Positions 22,349-33,656 of a stretch of 64,000 bases of DNA are shown in pieces (position 1 is the stretch's first letter; each line of letters opens with the position of its first letter). The stretch is from an uncultured Verrucomicrobiae bacterium. Lineage in GTDB: Bacteria; Verrucomicrobiota; Verrucomicrobiia; Chthoniobacterales; Chthoniobacteraceae. Below the pieces are notes generated by a model that was not told the origin of the DNA, ran no database searches, and worked only from the letters and a program-made list of their open reading frames with translations. Made by a program: the position numbers and the translations under genes. The stretch is taken from NCBI GenBank assembly GCA_963769025.1, contig CAVYKI010000003.1, positions 1,216,001-1,280,000 of the forward strand, written 5' to 3'.

Positions 22349-23918
22349 ACCGCGACGAATCCGTCGCGGCAGCTCGCTGACGGTTCCGCCGTGTGGGACG
22401 TGCTCGTCATCGGCGGCGGCGCAACCGGCCTCGGCACGGCGGTGGATGCCGCCGCGCGCGGCTACCGCACGGCGCTGCTCGAGCAGGGCGACTTCGCCAA
22501 GGGCACCTCCAGCCGCAGCACGAAGCTCATCCACGGCGGCTTCCGCTACCTGCGGCAGGGCAATGTGAGCCTCGTGCGCGAGTCGCTGCGCGAGCGCGGG
22601 CTGCTGCTCCGCAACGCGCCGCACCTCGTCCACGCGATCCCGTTCGTCCTTCCGGCATACGGCGTGTGGCAGAAATTTTTCTACGGCGCGGGCCTGAAGA
22701 TCTACGACCTGCTCGCCGGCAGGCTCGGCCTTGGCAAAACGCGGCTGCTCTCGCGCGAGGAAACGCTGCGCCATCTTCCCACGCTCTCACCCGACGGGCT
22801 GACCGGAGGCGTCCAGTATTTCGACGGCCAGTTCGACGATGCGCGACTCGCCATCTGCCTCGCGCAAACCCTCCACGATCTCGGCGGCGTCGCGGTGAAT
22901 TACTGCCCGGTCGCCACGTTGCTCAAATCCAACGGCCGCGTCTGCGGCGTGGTCGCGCGCGACACGGAGAGCGGACGCGAACTCACGATCCGCGCCCGCG
23001 TCGTGATCAATGCGACCGGCGTTTTCACCGACGCGATCCGGCGGCTCGATGAACCCGCGGCGAAACCGATCATCACCGCGAGCCAGGGCGCGCACATCGT
23101 CCTCGACCGTTCGTTCCTGCCCGGCGACAGCGCGCTGATGGTGCCGAAGACGGACGACGGGCGCGTGCTGTTCGCGATTCCGTGGCACGGGCATGTCGTC
23201 ATCGGCACCACCGACACCCTGCGCGAAGACGCGCCACTGGAGCCGCGCCCGCTCGCGGAGGAGATCGACTTTTTGCTGGAGCACGCCGCGCGTTACCTCA
23301 CGCGCGCGCCGGGAAAAGCCGACATCCTCAGCGCCTTCGCCGGCCTGCGTCCGCTGCTCGGCAAAGCCGCGCTCGGCGCAGACTTCGCGCATCTCCCGCG
23401 AACACGCGCTGCTCGTCTCGCCCTCCGGTCTCGTCACGATCGCAGGCGGCAAGTGGACCACCTACCGCGCGATGGCGGAGCAGACCGTGGATCGCGCCGA
23501 GACCGTCGGCGGCTTGCCGCATCGCCCGTCGCGCACACGCGACCTCCCTCTGCACGCCGCCAGCGGCGCCGCTGCCACAGAACCGCGGCTGAAATGCTAC
23601 GGCGCCGATGCGGCGAAGCTGGACGAACTGCTCCGTTCATCGCCGGAATTTTCCCAGCCATTGCATCCGCGCCTTCCGAATCTCGCAGGCGAAGTGGTTT
23701 GGGCCGCGCGCCACGAAATGGCGCGCACCGTCGAGGACGTGCTGGCGAGACGATTGCGCGCGCTTTTCCTCGATGCCCGCGCCGCGCTCGAAATGGCCCC
23801 GGCAGTCGCCGCGCTGCTGGCGAAGGAACTGGGAATGGACGCAGCGTGGCAGGAGGAGCAACTGCGCACCTTCCGCGAACTCGCCCTGCGCTACCTGCCG
23901 GACGGGCTAGGCGGCTGA
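22345..23918 (+). CDS. glpD: FAD-dependent glycerol-3-phosphate dehydrogenase/oxidase (frameshifts near 22370 and 23375)
   Basis: GTGA overlap with glp[49 protein letters not shown]. Confidence 0.92.
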
Positions 23919-23959
23919 ACAGAAAACCGTCGGCAAGAAACTGGGGCGCCGGTTAGACG

Positions 23960-24854
23960 TCAGCGCCCCGCTTTCCGCGTCCAGCGGCAGAAGCTCCCGC
24001 TCGGCACCGGCAGCGTGTCGGCGTCGCCGCGGAGGAGCATTTCGCCGTGCTCGATCGCGCCGCTTTTGCCGAATGCCTGAAGCAGCAGATGATGCAGCGA
24101 GATGGGCGTGAGCTCCGGCGTGTGGCAGGAAATGAGCGACGCCGAGCGGCTCTTCCGAGTGCAGTCGCGAGAGCACGTCGAGCAGGTTCGGGAGATCGTT
24201 TTCGATTTTGAAAATCTCGCCCTTCGCGCCGCGGCCGTAGCTCGGCGGGTCGAGGATGAGGAGGTCGTAGCGCTGCCCGCGGCGCAGTTCGCGTTCGAGG
24301 AATTTCGTCACGTCGTCCACGATCCAGCGGATCGGCTTTTCCTGCAGCGCATTGAGCGCGGCGTTTTTCCGCGCCCACTCGACCATGCCCTTCGAGGCGT
24401 CCACGTGGCACACTTCCGCGCCCGCGCGCGCGGCGGCGAGCGTGCTGCCGCCGGAGTAGGCGAAGAGATTCAGCACGCGCGGCGCGCGGCCGTGCCGCGT
24501 GCGGAATGCGGCGCAGTCCTGCGCGATGCGCTGCCACTGGTCGCGCTGCTCGGGGAAAATCCCGAGATGCCCGAAGTCCGTCGAGCTGAGCTGGAATTTG
24601 ATCCCATCCACCTCGATCGCCCACGTCGCCGGGAGCTTCTCGCGACCCTGCCAGCGGTTGCCGCCTTCGCGGGAGAAAGTCGCCGTCGCCGTGCGCCACG
24701 CGTCTGGCTTCGACGGCTCCCAGACGGCCTGCGCGCAGGGCCGCGCGAGCACGATGCTGCCGAAGCGTTCGAGCTTCTGGAACCCGCCGCTGTCGAGCAG
24801 TTGATAATCGGAGCCGTGCTGTGCGATGCGCCCTTCATGCCAGAGCCGCCGCAT
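23960..24854 (-). CDS. class I SAM-dependent methyltransferase (RlmI/RlmK-like), frameshift near 24140; start uncertain
   Basis: YQLLDSG...KLERFG, HLGIFPEQ, VLNLFAYSGG, HVDAS, LDPPSYG. Confidence 0.85.
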
Positions 24855-24963
24855 TCGGCAAGCGCCGCCAAAGGCACGAGGCGGCGAAACGCCTGGCGCC
24901 GCGCTTTGTCCCCACGATGCAATGGGCTGCCGGGTTGAGTCTGTCAGTCGCCCCATTCCCTCC

Positions 24964-26306
24964 ATGAATCTCCGCCCCCTCGTCGCTTCACTTGCCGCCG
25001 TATCCGCCGCCTCCGCGCTCATGCTGGTCGCCGCTCCGCCGCCGGGAGCCACGCCGCCTTCGCCGCCGGCTCCGCCGAAGTCGCTCGCGCCGCACGTGCC
25101 GGCGGAGTGGAAGGCGGGCACGGCGACGGCGGTGGTGACGCCGCAGAAGCTGCTGTGGATGGCCGGCTATGCGTCGCGGAAAAAACCGGCGGAGGGGAAG
25201 GTGCAGGATCTTTTTGCCAAGGCGCTCGCGCTGGAGGATGCGCAGGGGAACCGGCTCGTCTTTGTCACGCTCGACCTCATCGGCGTGCCGCAGTCGTTGC
25301 GACGTGCGGTGGCGGCGAGGGCGGAGAAGGAATTCAAGCTGCCGCCGGCGAATCTCGTGATGAATGCGTCGCACACGCACAGCGGGCCGTCGTTTCGCGG
25401 CAGCCCGGTGACGGAGAAGGATCTCGAGGATCCGAAAATCAGGGACGCGTGGGAATACACGCAGAAGTTGAAGGAGGACATCGTGGGCATCATCGGAAAG
25501 GCGCTCGCGGAAATGCAGCCGGCGCGGCTCACCTGGAACCAGGCGCGCTGCGGGTTCGCGATGAACCGCCGCCGCGACTACACGCTGCCGGCCGGGCATC
25601 CGAATGCGAACAAGGCGCCGAACCCGAACGGCCCGGTGGATCACGATGTGCCCGCGCTGCGCGTCGAGGCGCCGGACGGGACGCTGCGCGCGACGCTCTT
25701 CGGCTACGCGTGTCACAATACGTCGCTCGGCTTTTTCAACTGGTGCGGCGACTACGCGGGCTTTGCGCAGGAGTATCTGCAGGAGCATCGCCCCGGCTTT
25801 ACCGCGCTGTTCCTGATGGGCTGCGGCGGCGATCAGAATCCGTATCCGCGCCGCAGCGATGTGGTCCCCGGCGTCACCGACCTCGAACTCGCGATGCAGC
25901 ACGGGCGCTCGCTTTCGAACGCCGTCGAGATGGCGCTCTCGGTGAATCCGCGTCCGGTGAGCGGACCGATCCGCGCGGCGTATGAGGAAATCAAACTCGC
26001 CTACGCAAAGCCGGACAGCCGGAGCACGACTATCCCGTGCAGGTGATCGCGCTCGGAAAGGATCTCACGTTCATCACGCTCGGCAGCGAGGTCGTGGTGG
26101 ACTACTCGCTGCGGTTCAAACGCGAGTTTGCCGGCGACGCGGGCGTGTGGGTGGCGGGATATTCAAACGACTACACCGGCTACATTCCGAGCCTGCGCGT
26201 GCTCAAGGAAGGCGGCTACGAGGCCGCCGCGGGCTGGGCCGAGGACGTGGAGGATCGCATCGCCACGAAGGTTCACGAACTGCACAAGAAGGTCACACAG
26301 CCATGA
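24964..26306 (+). CDS. secreted neutral/alkaline ceramidase-like hydrolase (frameshift near 26020)
   Basis: Signal peptide, WMAGY, ASHTHSGP, MNRR, YACHNT, GCGGDQNP, AGYSNDYTGYIPS...EGGYE. Confidence 0.8.
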
Positions 26307-27648
26307 AGATTTCCCGACGCACGCTCCTGAAACGCCTCCCGCTCGCCGCGCTCGCAGGCGGGTTTTTCATCCATGTCCGCGCGCAGCAGGCGAAGGCGAT
26401 CTGGGTGACGGGCAACCCGACGATCGACAAGCCGCGCGAGATCGCGCTCGCGCTGCTGAAGCCCGACGCAGGCGCAGATCGAGCACGCGTGGGAGCTGCA
26501 TTTTGCGTCGCGTCGTGTTCGAGTCGTATGGCTTTGCGCCGCGCTTTGCGGTGGATGGCGAGGCGATCAATGCGGCGATGCAAGGACGGGCGCCTCGAGC
26601 GAGGAACTGACGGACCTGCGCGAGGCGATGATGCATGAATCGCGGCGCGACCAATGAACGCGAGCGCAAGGAGTTCCTCGACGCGTTCCAGGCGGCGGGC
26701 GTGACGTGCATTTTCCAAAACGCCGGCGAGGAGGGCAACGATCCGCTGCGGCTCATCAAGCGCCTCGCGCATTTCACCCAGGCCACCGACCTGATGAAGC
26801 CCGCGCTTTCGAAGGTGGTGAACGCCGACGAGATCGCGGCGCTGAAGAAGGCGGGCCATGTGGGACTCTGCTTCACCGGCAATGGCGTGCCGCTGCCGCA
26901 TGCGCTGGGAGAGCGTGCGCGATGAATTGCGGCTTCGTCCGCATCTTCCACGAGCTGGGCATCCGCATGATGCACCTCACCTACAACCGCCGGAATCCGC
27001 ATCGGCGACGGCGCGGGCGAGCCGCACGACGGCGGGCTGAGCGACTTCGGCCACGCGGCCGTCGCGGAGATGAACAGGATCGGCGTGATCGTGGACGTGG
27101 CGCACAGCGGATGGAAGACGCGCCGGCGGATGCCGCGAAGGCCTCCGCGAAACCCATGGTCGCGAGCCACACGACCTGCGCGGATGTCTACAAACACTTC
27201 CGCGGCAAGCCGGACGACGTCATCAAGGCCATCTGCGACACCGACGGACTCGTCGGCATGTGCTGCATCCCGCGCTTCCTCGGCGGCAAAGGGCGACATC
27301 ACCGCGCTGCTGGATCACCTCGATCACGTCATCAAGAAATTCGGCGCCGAACATGCCGCGATCGGCTGCGATGTCGCCTATGTCTCGCGTTTCGAAAAGG
27401 AGGAGCGCGCGAAAATCCGCAAGCGCGCCGACGGCTCCACGCCGCTCGGCAGTGCGGGCGGCCGCTGGGAGCACCTCTGGCCGAAGGACGATTTCGAGAC
27501 CACGCCGGAGGCGGAGCAGAGCATCGCCTGGACGAACTGGCCGCTCTTCACGCTCGGCATGGTCATGCGCGGCCACAGCGACGACGCCATCCGCAAGGTG
27601 CTCGGCGGAAACGTGATGCGCGTGCTGCAGGCGAATACGCCTGCGTGA
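26303..27648 (+). CDS. Tat-exported membrane dipeptidase (M19 family), frameshifted
   Basis: MKISRRTLLK twin-arginine signal, GIRMMHLTYN, IVDVAHSG, ASHT, GAEHAAIGCD, KVLGGNVMRV; ATGA overlap with the previous gene. Confidence 0.8.
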
Positions 27649-27850
27649 ACCCAAAGCAATCCATGGCTGCCACCCGGCTCACGCGTCCGAATTCCGGGAC
27701 GTGCACTGCCGCAGTACGTTGCGGCGCGCTGAAGCGCCGCACGACTTTGGCGCGGCGACCCGATCGGCCTCTGGGGCAATTCGCACATCAGCGGAGGAGC
27801 GCTCGACCGTAAGCATAGCGGCAGAACCACCGCCGATCCCATTTCCACAC

Positions 27851-27882
27851 AAAAAAACGCCCCGGCTGTTACACCGGGGCGT
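27851..27882 (-). terminator. intrinsic terminator of the RRM gene
   Basis: Minus strand ACGCCCCGG-N8-CCGGGGCGT followed by a T-run. Confidence 0.85.
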
Positions 27883-27933
27883 CTTGAATTTTGAACGCGG
27901 ATTCCGCGTCAGGCGAAGCCTTGGGAGGCTTGC

Positions 27934-28296
27934 TTAGTAGCGCTGGTAATCGCGACGGCCACCGCCGCCACCACCACCACCGCCGCCGCCGAACGAGCGG
28001 CGCTGTCCGCCGCCACCACCACCACCACCGCCGCCGCCGCCTGCTTCACGCGGGCGGGCTTCATTGACGGTGAGGGCGCGACCGCCGACCTGCTTGCCAT
28101 TGAACATCTCGATGGCCTTCTTGGCTTCATCGGCGGTGCCCATGGTGACGAAGGCGAAACCGCGGGATTTGCCGGTCATGCGATCCTGCATGAGGGCGGC
28201 TTCCGTGACGGTTCCGGCTTGCTTGAAGAGATCTTCAAGTTCGATTTCGAGGGTCTCAAAGGAGAGATTGCCCACGTATAGTTTGCTGTTTGACAT
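27934..28296 (-). CDS. RRM RNA-binding protein with Gly-rich tail
   Basis: RNP2 LYVGNL, RNP1 [18 protein letters not shown], poly-Gly C-terminus. Confidence 0.95.
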   Translation of the reverse strand: MSNSKLYVGNLSFETLEIELEDLFKQAGTVTEAALMQDRMTGKSRGFAFVTMGTADEAKKAIEMFNGKQVGGRALTVNEARPREAGGGGGGGGGGGGQRRSFGGGGGGGGGGGRRDYQRY

Positions 28297-28601
28297 GTGT
28301 TTGTTTCTGCAACTTGCGGAGTCTTCTGCGGCTGTTTCCGATGATCGGATTTCAAACTGCCAAAGGAAGCTCTGCGATTAACACCGCACTGCAAACACAA
28401 CTAGCAATCTACCAACGCCCAAAGGGGCTCTGAACTTGCGAGCGGGACTAGATACGGGGTCGCCGGTGACCGCAAGGGAAATCTTTTGCGCGGAATTCAG
28501 GCGGGCTCCGAACGGGCGCAATTAACCGCGGCGGGCGCGGAGAGCGCGGCGGTTGCCATTGGATCCCGGGTCTGCCGCGATGGCCGCAGGTGGCAAGCGG
28601 G

Positions 28602-29555
28602 TCATTTCGCGAGCTTGCGGAAATGGCGGCGATGGTCGGCTAGGCGTTTCCGGAGTGCAGTCCGGAGTTCGCCGTGCGGGTCGGTGTCGCCGGCAGTCGC
28701 GGCTGCCACGCACAGGCGGGCCATGCCGAGGGAATCCGCGACGCTGACGTATTCCGATGCGATGCGATCGCGGGCGCCGCAGTTGTGGTAGTTGCCGAGC
28801 GCCACGCACATCGCGGCGGTGCGGTAGCCGAAAAGCGCGTAGGCGGTGGCCTCGCAGGTGCCGCCCTGCATGAGGGCGCGCTGATGCGGGATGCCGGCGC
28901 CTTTCGCCGCGGCCTGGAGCTGCGCGGTCGCGGCGGAGTCGAAGATGCTCGTGCGATCGCCGACGCGGATGATCGGGCCGCCGCCGATGGTCACCGGCCC
29001 GCCTTTCACACTGCTGGTCTCCAGCGAGACGACGGTGACGCCCTTAGGCAGGCGTCCGCTTTTCGCGAGCTCGATGGCGCCGATGAAACCCACCTCCTCC
29101 GCGCGGGTGAAAAGGCCCCACGCGGAACATTCCGCGCCGGCGTGTTCGAGTTCGCGCAGCGCGGCGACGATGGCCGCGCAGCCGATGAGGTCGTCGCACG
29201 CCCGCGAGCGGATGCGTCCGGTGCGGACTTCGCAGGCCGGGAGATCCCACATCCGGAATGCGCCGAATTTGCGCGTGGGCGGTTTCTTTTTCCGGTAGCG
29301 CTCCGGCACGCCGCCGAGAAATTCGCGCCCGACGTACGCCGGATGGTCCATGTGTGCGGCAAAGGCGAAACGCGCCGCGGCCTTCCCGCGCCGGTAGTGC
29401 GCGAGGAGGTTGCCGTAGCGATCCTCGACGAGCCGGACATGCGGGCAGTCCGAGAGCAGCGCGCGGATTTCGCGCCGGACGGCGTCCTCGTGGAAGGGCG
29501 CGGTGGGTTGCGCAAGGATGCGGCGGGCGATGGCAAGGATGTCGGCGGTGTCCAT
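28602..29555 (-). CDS. M20/M28/M42-family metallo-hydrolase
   Basis: AHMDH, RACDD, AEEVG, GGTCE and NYH metal-ligand motifs. Confidence 0.82.
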   Translation of the reverse strand: MDTADILAIARRILAQPTAPFHEDAVRREIRALLSDCPHVRLVEDRYGNLLAHYRRGKAAARFAFAAHMDHPAYVGREFLGGVPERYRKKKPPTRKFGAFRMWDLPACEVRTGRIRSRACDDLIGCAAIVAALRELEHAGAECSAWGLFTRAEEVGFIGAIELAKSGRLPKGVTVVSLETSSVKGGPVTIGGGPIIRVGDRTSIFDSAATAQLQAAAKGAGIPHQRALMQGGTCEATAYALFGYRTAAMCVALGNYHNCGARDRIASEYVSVADSLGMARLCVAAATAGDTDPHGELRTALRKRLADHRRHFRKLAK

Positions 29556-29669
29556 GGTTTGCAGTTCTCGATTCTCGTTTCGCAGTAAATCAGTATTGAG
29601 TCTGCCCGCACGCTCCGAAAACACCTTGCACGTTCAGACTGAGCCGCGACCAAACCCGCCGTTTTCCTT

Positions 29670-30641
29670 TTGAAAAAAATCCGCCACTTTCTCGAGACCT
29701 CCCTCTGCCGGCTGCTCGCATGGTGGATCCCGCACCTCACGCGGCGGAGCTGCCTCCACCTCGCGAACGGGCTCGGGACCGTCGCATTCATGCTCGACCG
29801 CCGCGGGCGCGCGGTGGCGCTGGCGAACGTCGAATGCGCGCTCGGGCCGTCGCTCACGGATGCGCAAAGGCGGGATATCATCCACGAGAGCTACCGCAAT
29901 TTCGCGCGGACAATGGTGGACCTTTTCTGGTCCCCGGCGCTCGCGCGGCCGGAGAACCGGCACTTCCTCCGCGTGTACGGCTGGGAAGCGCTGAACGAGC
30001 GCGCAGCCCGCGAAAAGCGCGGCGTCATCTACGTCTCGCTGCACGCGGCGAACTGGGAATGGTCGAGCCTCGCGTGCAGCTTCGGCGGCCCCGGCGCCAT
30101 CGCCGTCGCCGAGCATTTCAAAAACCCGGGACTCGACGTGCTTTTCAAATCCCTGCGCGAAGTGACCGGCCAGACGATCATCCCGCAGGAAAATTCGATG
30201 CTGCGCATGCTCCGCACGGTGAAGCGCGGCGGCCGCACCGCCTTCCTCTGCGACCTGAGCGTCCCGCCCTCGCAGGCCGCGACCATCGTGCGCGCATTCG
30301 GTTTGGAAATGAGCGCCAGCATCCTCCACGCGGTGCTCGCGCAGCGGGCCGATGCGATCATCGCCTGCGTGGACACCTATCCGCAGCCCGACGGTTCATG
30401 CGAGGCGCACGTGAGCGTCCTCGAATGCCCGCCCGCCGCCACGCTCCGCGAAATCGCGCAGGCATGCTGGGATCACTTCGAGCCGCGCCTGCTCCGCGAG
30501 CCCGGGCTGTGGCTGTGGCCCTACAAACATTTCCGCCACAAGCCGCACGCGACCGCGGTGCGGTATCCGTTTTACGCGAATGAATGGGACGCGTTCGACA
30601 TCCTCCGCGCCGAATCCGCGCGGACGGGCGAGCGCGTTTGA
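29670..30641 (+). CDS. lipid A lauroyl/lysophospholipid acyltransferase family (LpxL-like)
   Basis: SLHAANWE (Hx4E), AFLCD, PGLWLWPYKHFR. Confidence 0.8.
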   Translation: MKKIRHFLETSLCRLLAWWIPHLTRRSCLHLANGLGTVAFMLDRRGRAVALANVECALGPSLTDAQRRDIIHESYRNFARTMVDLFWSPALARPENRHFLRVYGWEALNERAAREKRGVIYVSLHAANWEWSSLACSFGGPGAIAVAEHFKNPGLDVLFKSLREVTGQTIIPQENSMLRMLRTVKRGGRTAFLCDLSVPPSQAATIVRAFGLEMSASILHAVLAQRADAIIACVDTYPQPDGSCEAHVSVLECPPAATLREIAQACWDHFEPRLLREPGLWLWPYKHFRHKPHATAVRYPFYANEWDAFDILRAESARTGERV

Positions 30642-30675
30642 CAAAATGACTGGAACCGCCTTTCCTCCGCCCGCA

Positions 30676-31263
30676 ATGAAACACCTTCTCACCACCATCC
30701 TCGCTCTCACCGGGATCGCCTTCATCGCTGGCTGCGCAAGCGTCGGCGGTTCTTATTCCGTCAAGGCCTACGCGCCGCACGATCCGTCGGCAGTAAGGGT
30801 CAAGGTCTCCACTTCCACGCAGAACGTCTACGTGATGGAAGGCAACCGCATGCTCATGGCGATCCAGGGCTGTGTCGGGGCCAACGGCGCAACCGGTTCG
30901 GGCACCTACCGCATCATGGAAAAGATCAAGGAGAAGCGCCGCATCAGCCAGCCGGATGCCGGCTACCCGATGGCCTACTGGTGCGCGTGGAAGCCCGCCT
31001 ACGGCTTCCATGAAGGCTTCGTCCACCCGCGCCCGCGCACCCACGGCTGCATCCGGATGCACAAGGAAGCCGCCGCCCGGTTCTACGCGCTCGTGCAGAT
31101 CGGCACGCCGGTGAACATCGCCGCCACCCAGCCGGAGGACGCCACCTACGGCAACAGCGTCCGCAAGCTCGACCAGTCCCGCGACCCCGATCCGCCGCGC
31201 TCGCAGATGATGGCGGCGAGCTGGTTCAAGGATCCGGCAGGCCCGCTGCTCATCAAGGAGTAG
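30676..31263 (+). CDS. L,D-transpeptidase (YkuD) family lipoprotein
   Basis: Lipobox IAGC; GFHEG...THGCIRM catalytic motif. Confidence 0.88.
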   Translation: MKHLLTTILALTGIAFIAGCASVGGSYSVKAYAPHDPSAVRVKVSTSTQNVYVMEGNRMLMAIQGCVGANGATGSGTYRIMEKIKEKRRISQPDAGYPMAYWCAWKPAYGFHEGFVHPRPRTHGCIRMHKEAAARFYALVQIGTPVNIAATQPEDATYGNSVRKLDQSRDPDPPRSQMMAASWFKDPAGPLLIKE

Positions 31264-31352
31264 CCTTTCCAGGCCTCGTTTTTCAAAGGCGTCCGCGACG
31301 TGAGTTGCGGACGCCTTTCCTTTTTCAAAACCGCAGCTACGATTCACGCCCA

Positions 31353-32580
31353 ATGTCCACGACCACACCAGCGCCAGCTCCCGCCAAACGCGTCAACCTC
31401 CGCACGCCCGATGTCATGGCGGCCGTGCAGTCCCAGGTCGAGTCGCACTACCGCAGCGCGGTCGTCGAGCGCATCCGCGCGAGCGGCGGGACGCTCACGG
31501 TGGACGGCGTCACCGTCCATCTCGCGAAGCAGTTCGGCTTTTGCTACGGCGTCGAGCGCGCCATCGATCTCGCCTACGCCGCGCGCAAGGTTTTTGCCGA
31601 CAAACGCGTCTTCATCCTCGGCGAAATCATCCACAACCCCGAGGTGAACCGCCAGATCGCCGACATGGGCGTGGTCAACATTCTCGACAGCAAGGGCGAG
31701 GCGAACGTGGACGACATCGGCCCCGAGGATGTCGTCATCGTCCCTGCGTTCGGCACCAGCGTGACGACGCTCGCGCGGCTGAAGGAACGCGGCGTGCCAG
31801 ATCGTGGACACGACGTGCGGAGATGTGATGAGCGTCTGGAAACGCGTGAAGCAGAACGCCGCTGAGGACATGACGAGCATCATCCACGGCAAGGCTTCGC
31901 ATGAGGAGACACGCGCCACCGCGAGCCGCGCCGTGCATGAGAGCAAGGGCCACTACCTCGTCGTCCTCTCGCTCTCGGACACCGACTTTGTCTGCGACTA
32001 CATCCGCAAAGGCGGCGACCGAGAGGCATTCCTGAAGCGCTTCGAAGGCGCCTACAGCCCCGGCTTTGATCCCGACAAGCATCTCCGCCGCGTCGGTGTC
32101 GCGAACCAGACCACGATGATGCGCGGCGAGACTGAGGAAGTGCAGAAGCGCATCATGGCCGCCGTGCGCGACCGCGACGGCGAGACGGGGGTGAAGGACA
32201 ACTACCGCTTTTTCGACACCATCTGCGGCGCCACGCAGGAGCGGCAGGACGCGCTGAAGGACATGCTGCAAAAGAAGATGGACCTGCTGCTCGTCATCGG
32301 CGGCTACAACAGCTCGAACACCTCGCACCTCGCGGAAATGGGCGAGGCGTTGCTGCCCACGTATTTCATCCGCAACGCCGGCAAGCTCGAGTCGCGGGAT
32401 CGCATCGTGCATTTCAACCAGCACGCGAACAACGAAGTGACGACGGAAGGATGGATGCCCGCGGCACCCGCGACCATCGGCATCACCGCCGGCGCGAGCT
32501 GCCCGAACAATCTCATCGAGGACACCATCCTGCGCACCTTCGAGCTCTACGGCATCCCGCGCGAGCGGGTGCTGTCGTAA
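31353..32580 (+). CDS. ispH: 4-hydroxy-3-methylbut-2-enyl diphosphate reductase (frameshift near 31795)
   Basis: FGFCYGVERAI, IIHNPEV, DTTC, HEET, NQTT, DTICGATQERQ, SSNTSHL, GITAGASCP. Confidence 0.93.
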
Positions 32581-32592
32581 GCCGCGGCGGGG

Positions 32593-33558
32593 CTACGTTG
32601 CGCCGAGCCCGCCGAAAAATTTCCGCAGCCGCGATGAAACGGTGGCAAAGCTGAGGAAGGAAAGGGCGCGCTTTTGTGATTCCTGGACTGCGGCGCACCA
32701 CGCGGCATCGTCGCGCAGCAGCGTCCCGGCATCGGCATCATCGCCGAAGGCGAGCTGATCCACCGCGCCGTTTCCGCCGATGCACGGCATCCTGCACAGC
32801 AGTGCGTCGCCCGCGACCTGCCCGGGCACGGCGCTCGCGTCGAGCTGGAAGACCACGCGGCATTTCGCCATCTCGCGGAGGTAGTCGGGGTAGGGCAGCC
32901 GCTCTTCGATCACACGCAGCGATCCGAATTCGAGCGCGTCGAGTTTTTTACGTCCGGCGCGCCCGTCGAGGTTGAAGACCGTCACCGGCTCGCCGAGCGA
33001 ACTCGCGCGCAGCAGCGCCGAGGCATGGTTGCGCGACGGTACATCCCATTCGCGCGTGCCGATGAAAATGCCTGAGCGCTCCACGAGCGGGCGCGAAAAA
33101 TCCCAGCGTGCGTCATCCACGGGATACGGCGTCGGGATGAACTCCGCTGCTTTTGCCCCGGCCGCGCGATAGAGCGGCACCAGCTCCGGCGTGCTGCTCA
33201 GCGCGCCATCCGCCAGCGCGCAGAGCTCCCGGAAAAGCGCGAGGTTCGTCGCGGAACCGAGCTGCTCGGCGACCTGGTGATGCCCGCTTTCCTTCCACGA
33301 AATCGCGACGATGCGGCCGGCGGCCTTGAGTGTCTTCAGCGCTGCGAGTGCCGGCTTCAAATCGCTCCGCAACAGCAGCAGCACGGCGCGCATTTCCGCG
33401 GGGATCGCCCTCACGTCGCGGAAAAATCCGCCGCGCGTGCAGGCGGCGTAAGCGTGGTAATTCACCGGCGCGTGGCCGCGCAGATCCACTGCGCCGGCCC
33501 CGTCGGGGAAGCGCTGCTCGCGGTCGCGGCCGCCGGGATTGAACACTGCGAGTTGCAT
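32593..33558 (-). CDS. hypothetical protein, possibly a divergent GT-B glycosyltransferase
   Basis: Coding-like 321 aa ORF; C-terminal YPDYLREMAKC...PGQVAGDALLCRMPCIGG loosely resembles a GT-B nucleotide-sugar loop. Confidence 0.55.
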   Translation of the reverse strand: MQLAVFNPGGRDREQRFPDGAGAVDLRGHAPVNYHAYAACTRGGFFRDVRAIPAEMRAVLLLLRSDLKPALAALKTLKAAGRIVAISWKESGHHQVAEQLGSATNLALFRELCALADGALSSTPELVPLYRAAGAKAAEFIPTPYPVDDARWDFSRPLVERSGIFIGTREWDVPSRNHASALLRASSLGEPVTVFNLDGRAGRKKLDALEFGSLRVIEERLPYPDYLREMAKCRVVFQLDASAVPGQVAGDALLCRMPCIGGNGAVDQLAFGDDADAGTLLRDDAAWCAAVQESQKRALSFLSFATVSSRLRKFFGGLGAT

Positions 33559-33656
33559 GTGGCGCGCAGCATCGCCGAAAGCCGCGCGCACTTCCAAGCA
33601 CAAGCGTCGCGCGCTCCGCCCTTGTCAGCGCGCCGGCGCGGCAATACCACGCGGGC

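Noticed and set aside
27700..27835. Hairpin TGCGGCGC/GCGCCGCA and nearby GC-rich stems as an ncRNA
   Set aside because: No promoter/terminator context or recognisable motif; probably a decayed intergenic repeat.
31353..32580. Programmed frameshifting or pseudogene status for ispH and other split genes
   Set aside because: No consistent slippery sites; breaks are scattered across unrelated and essential genes, so sequencing error is more parsimonious.
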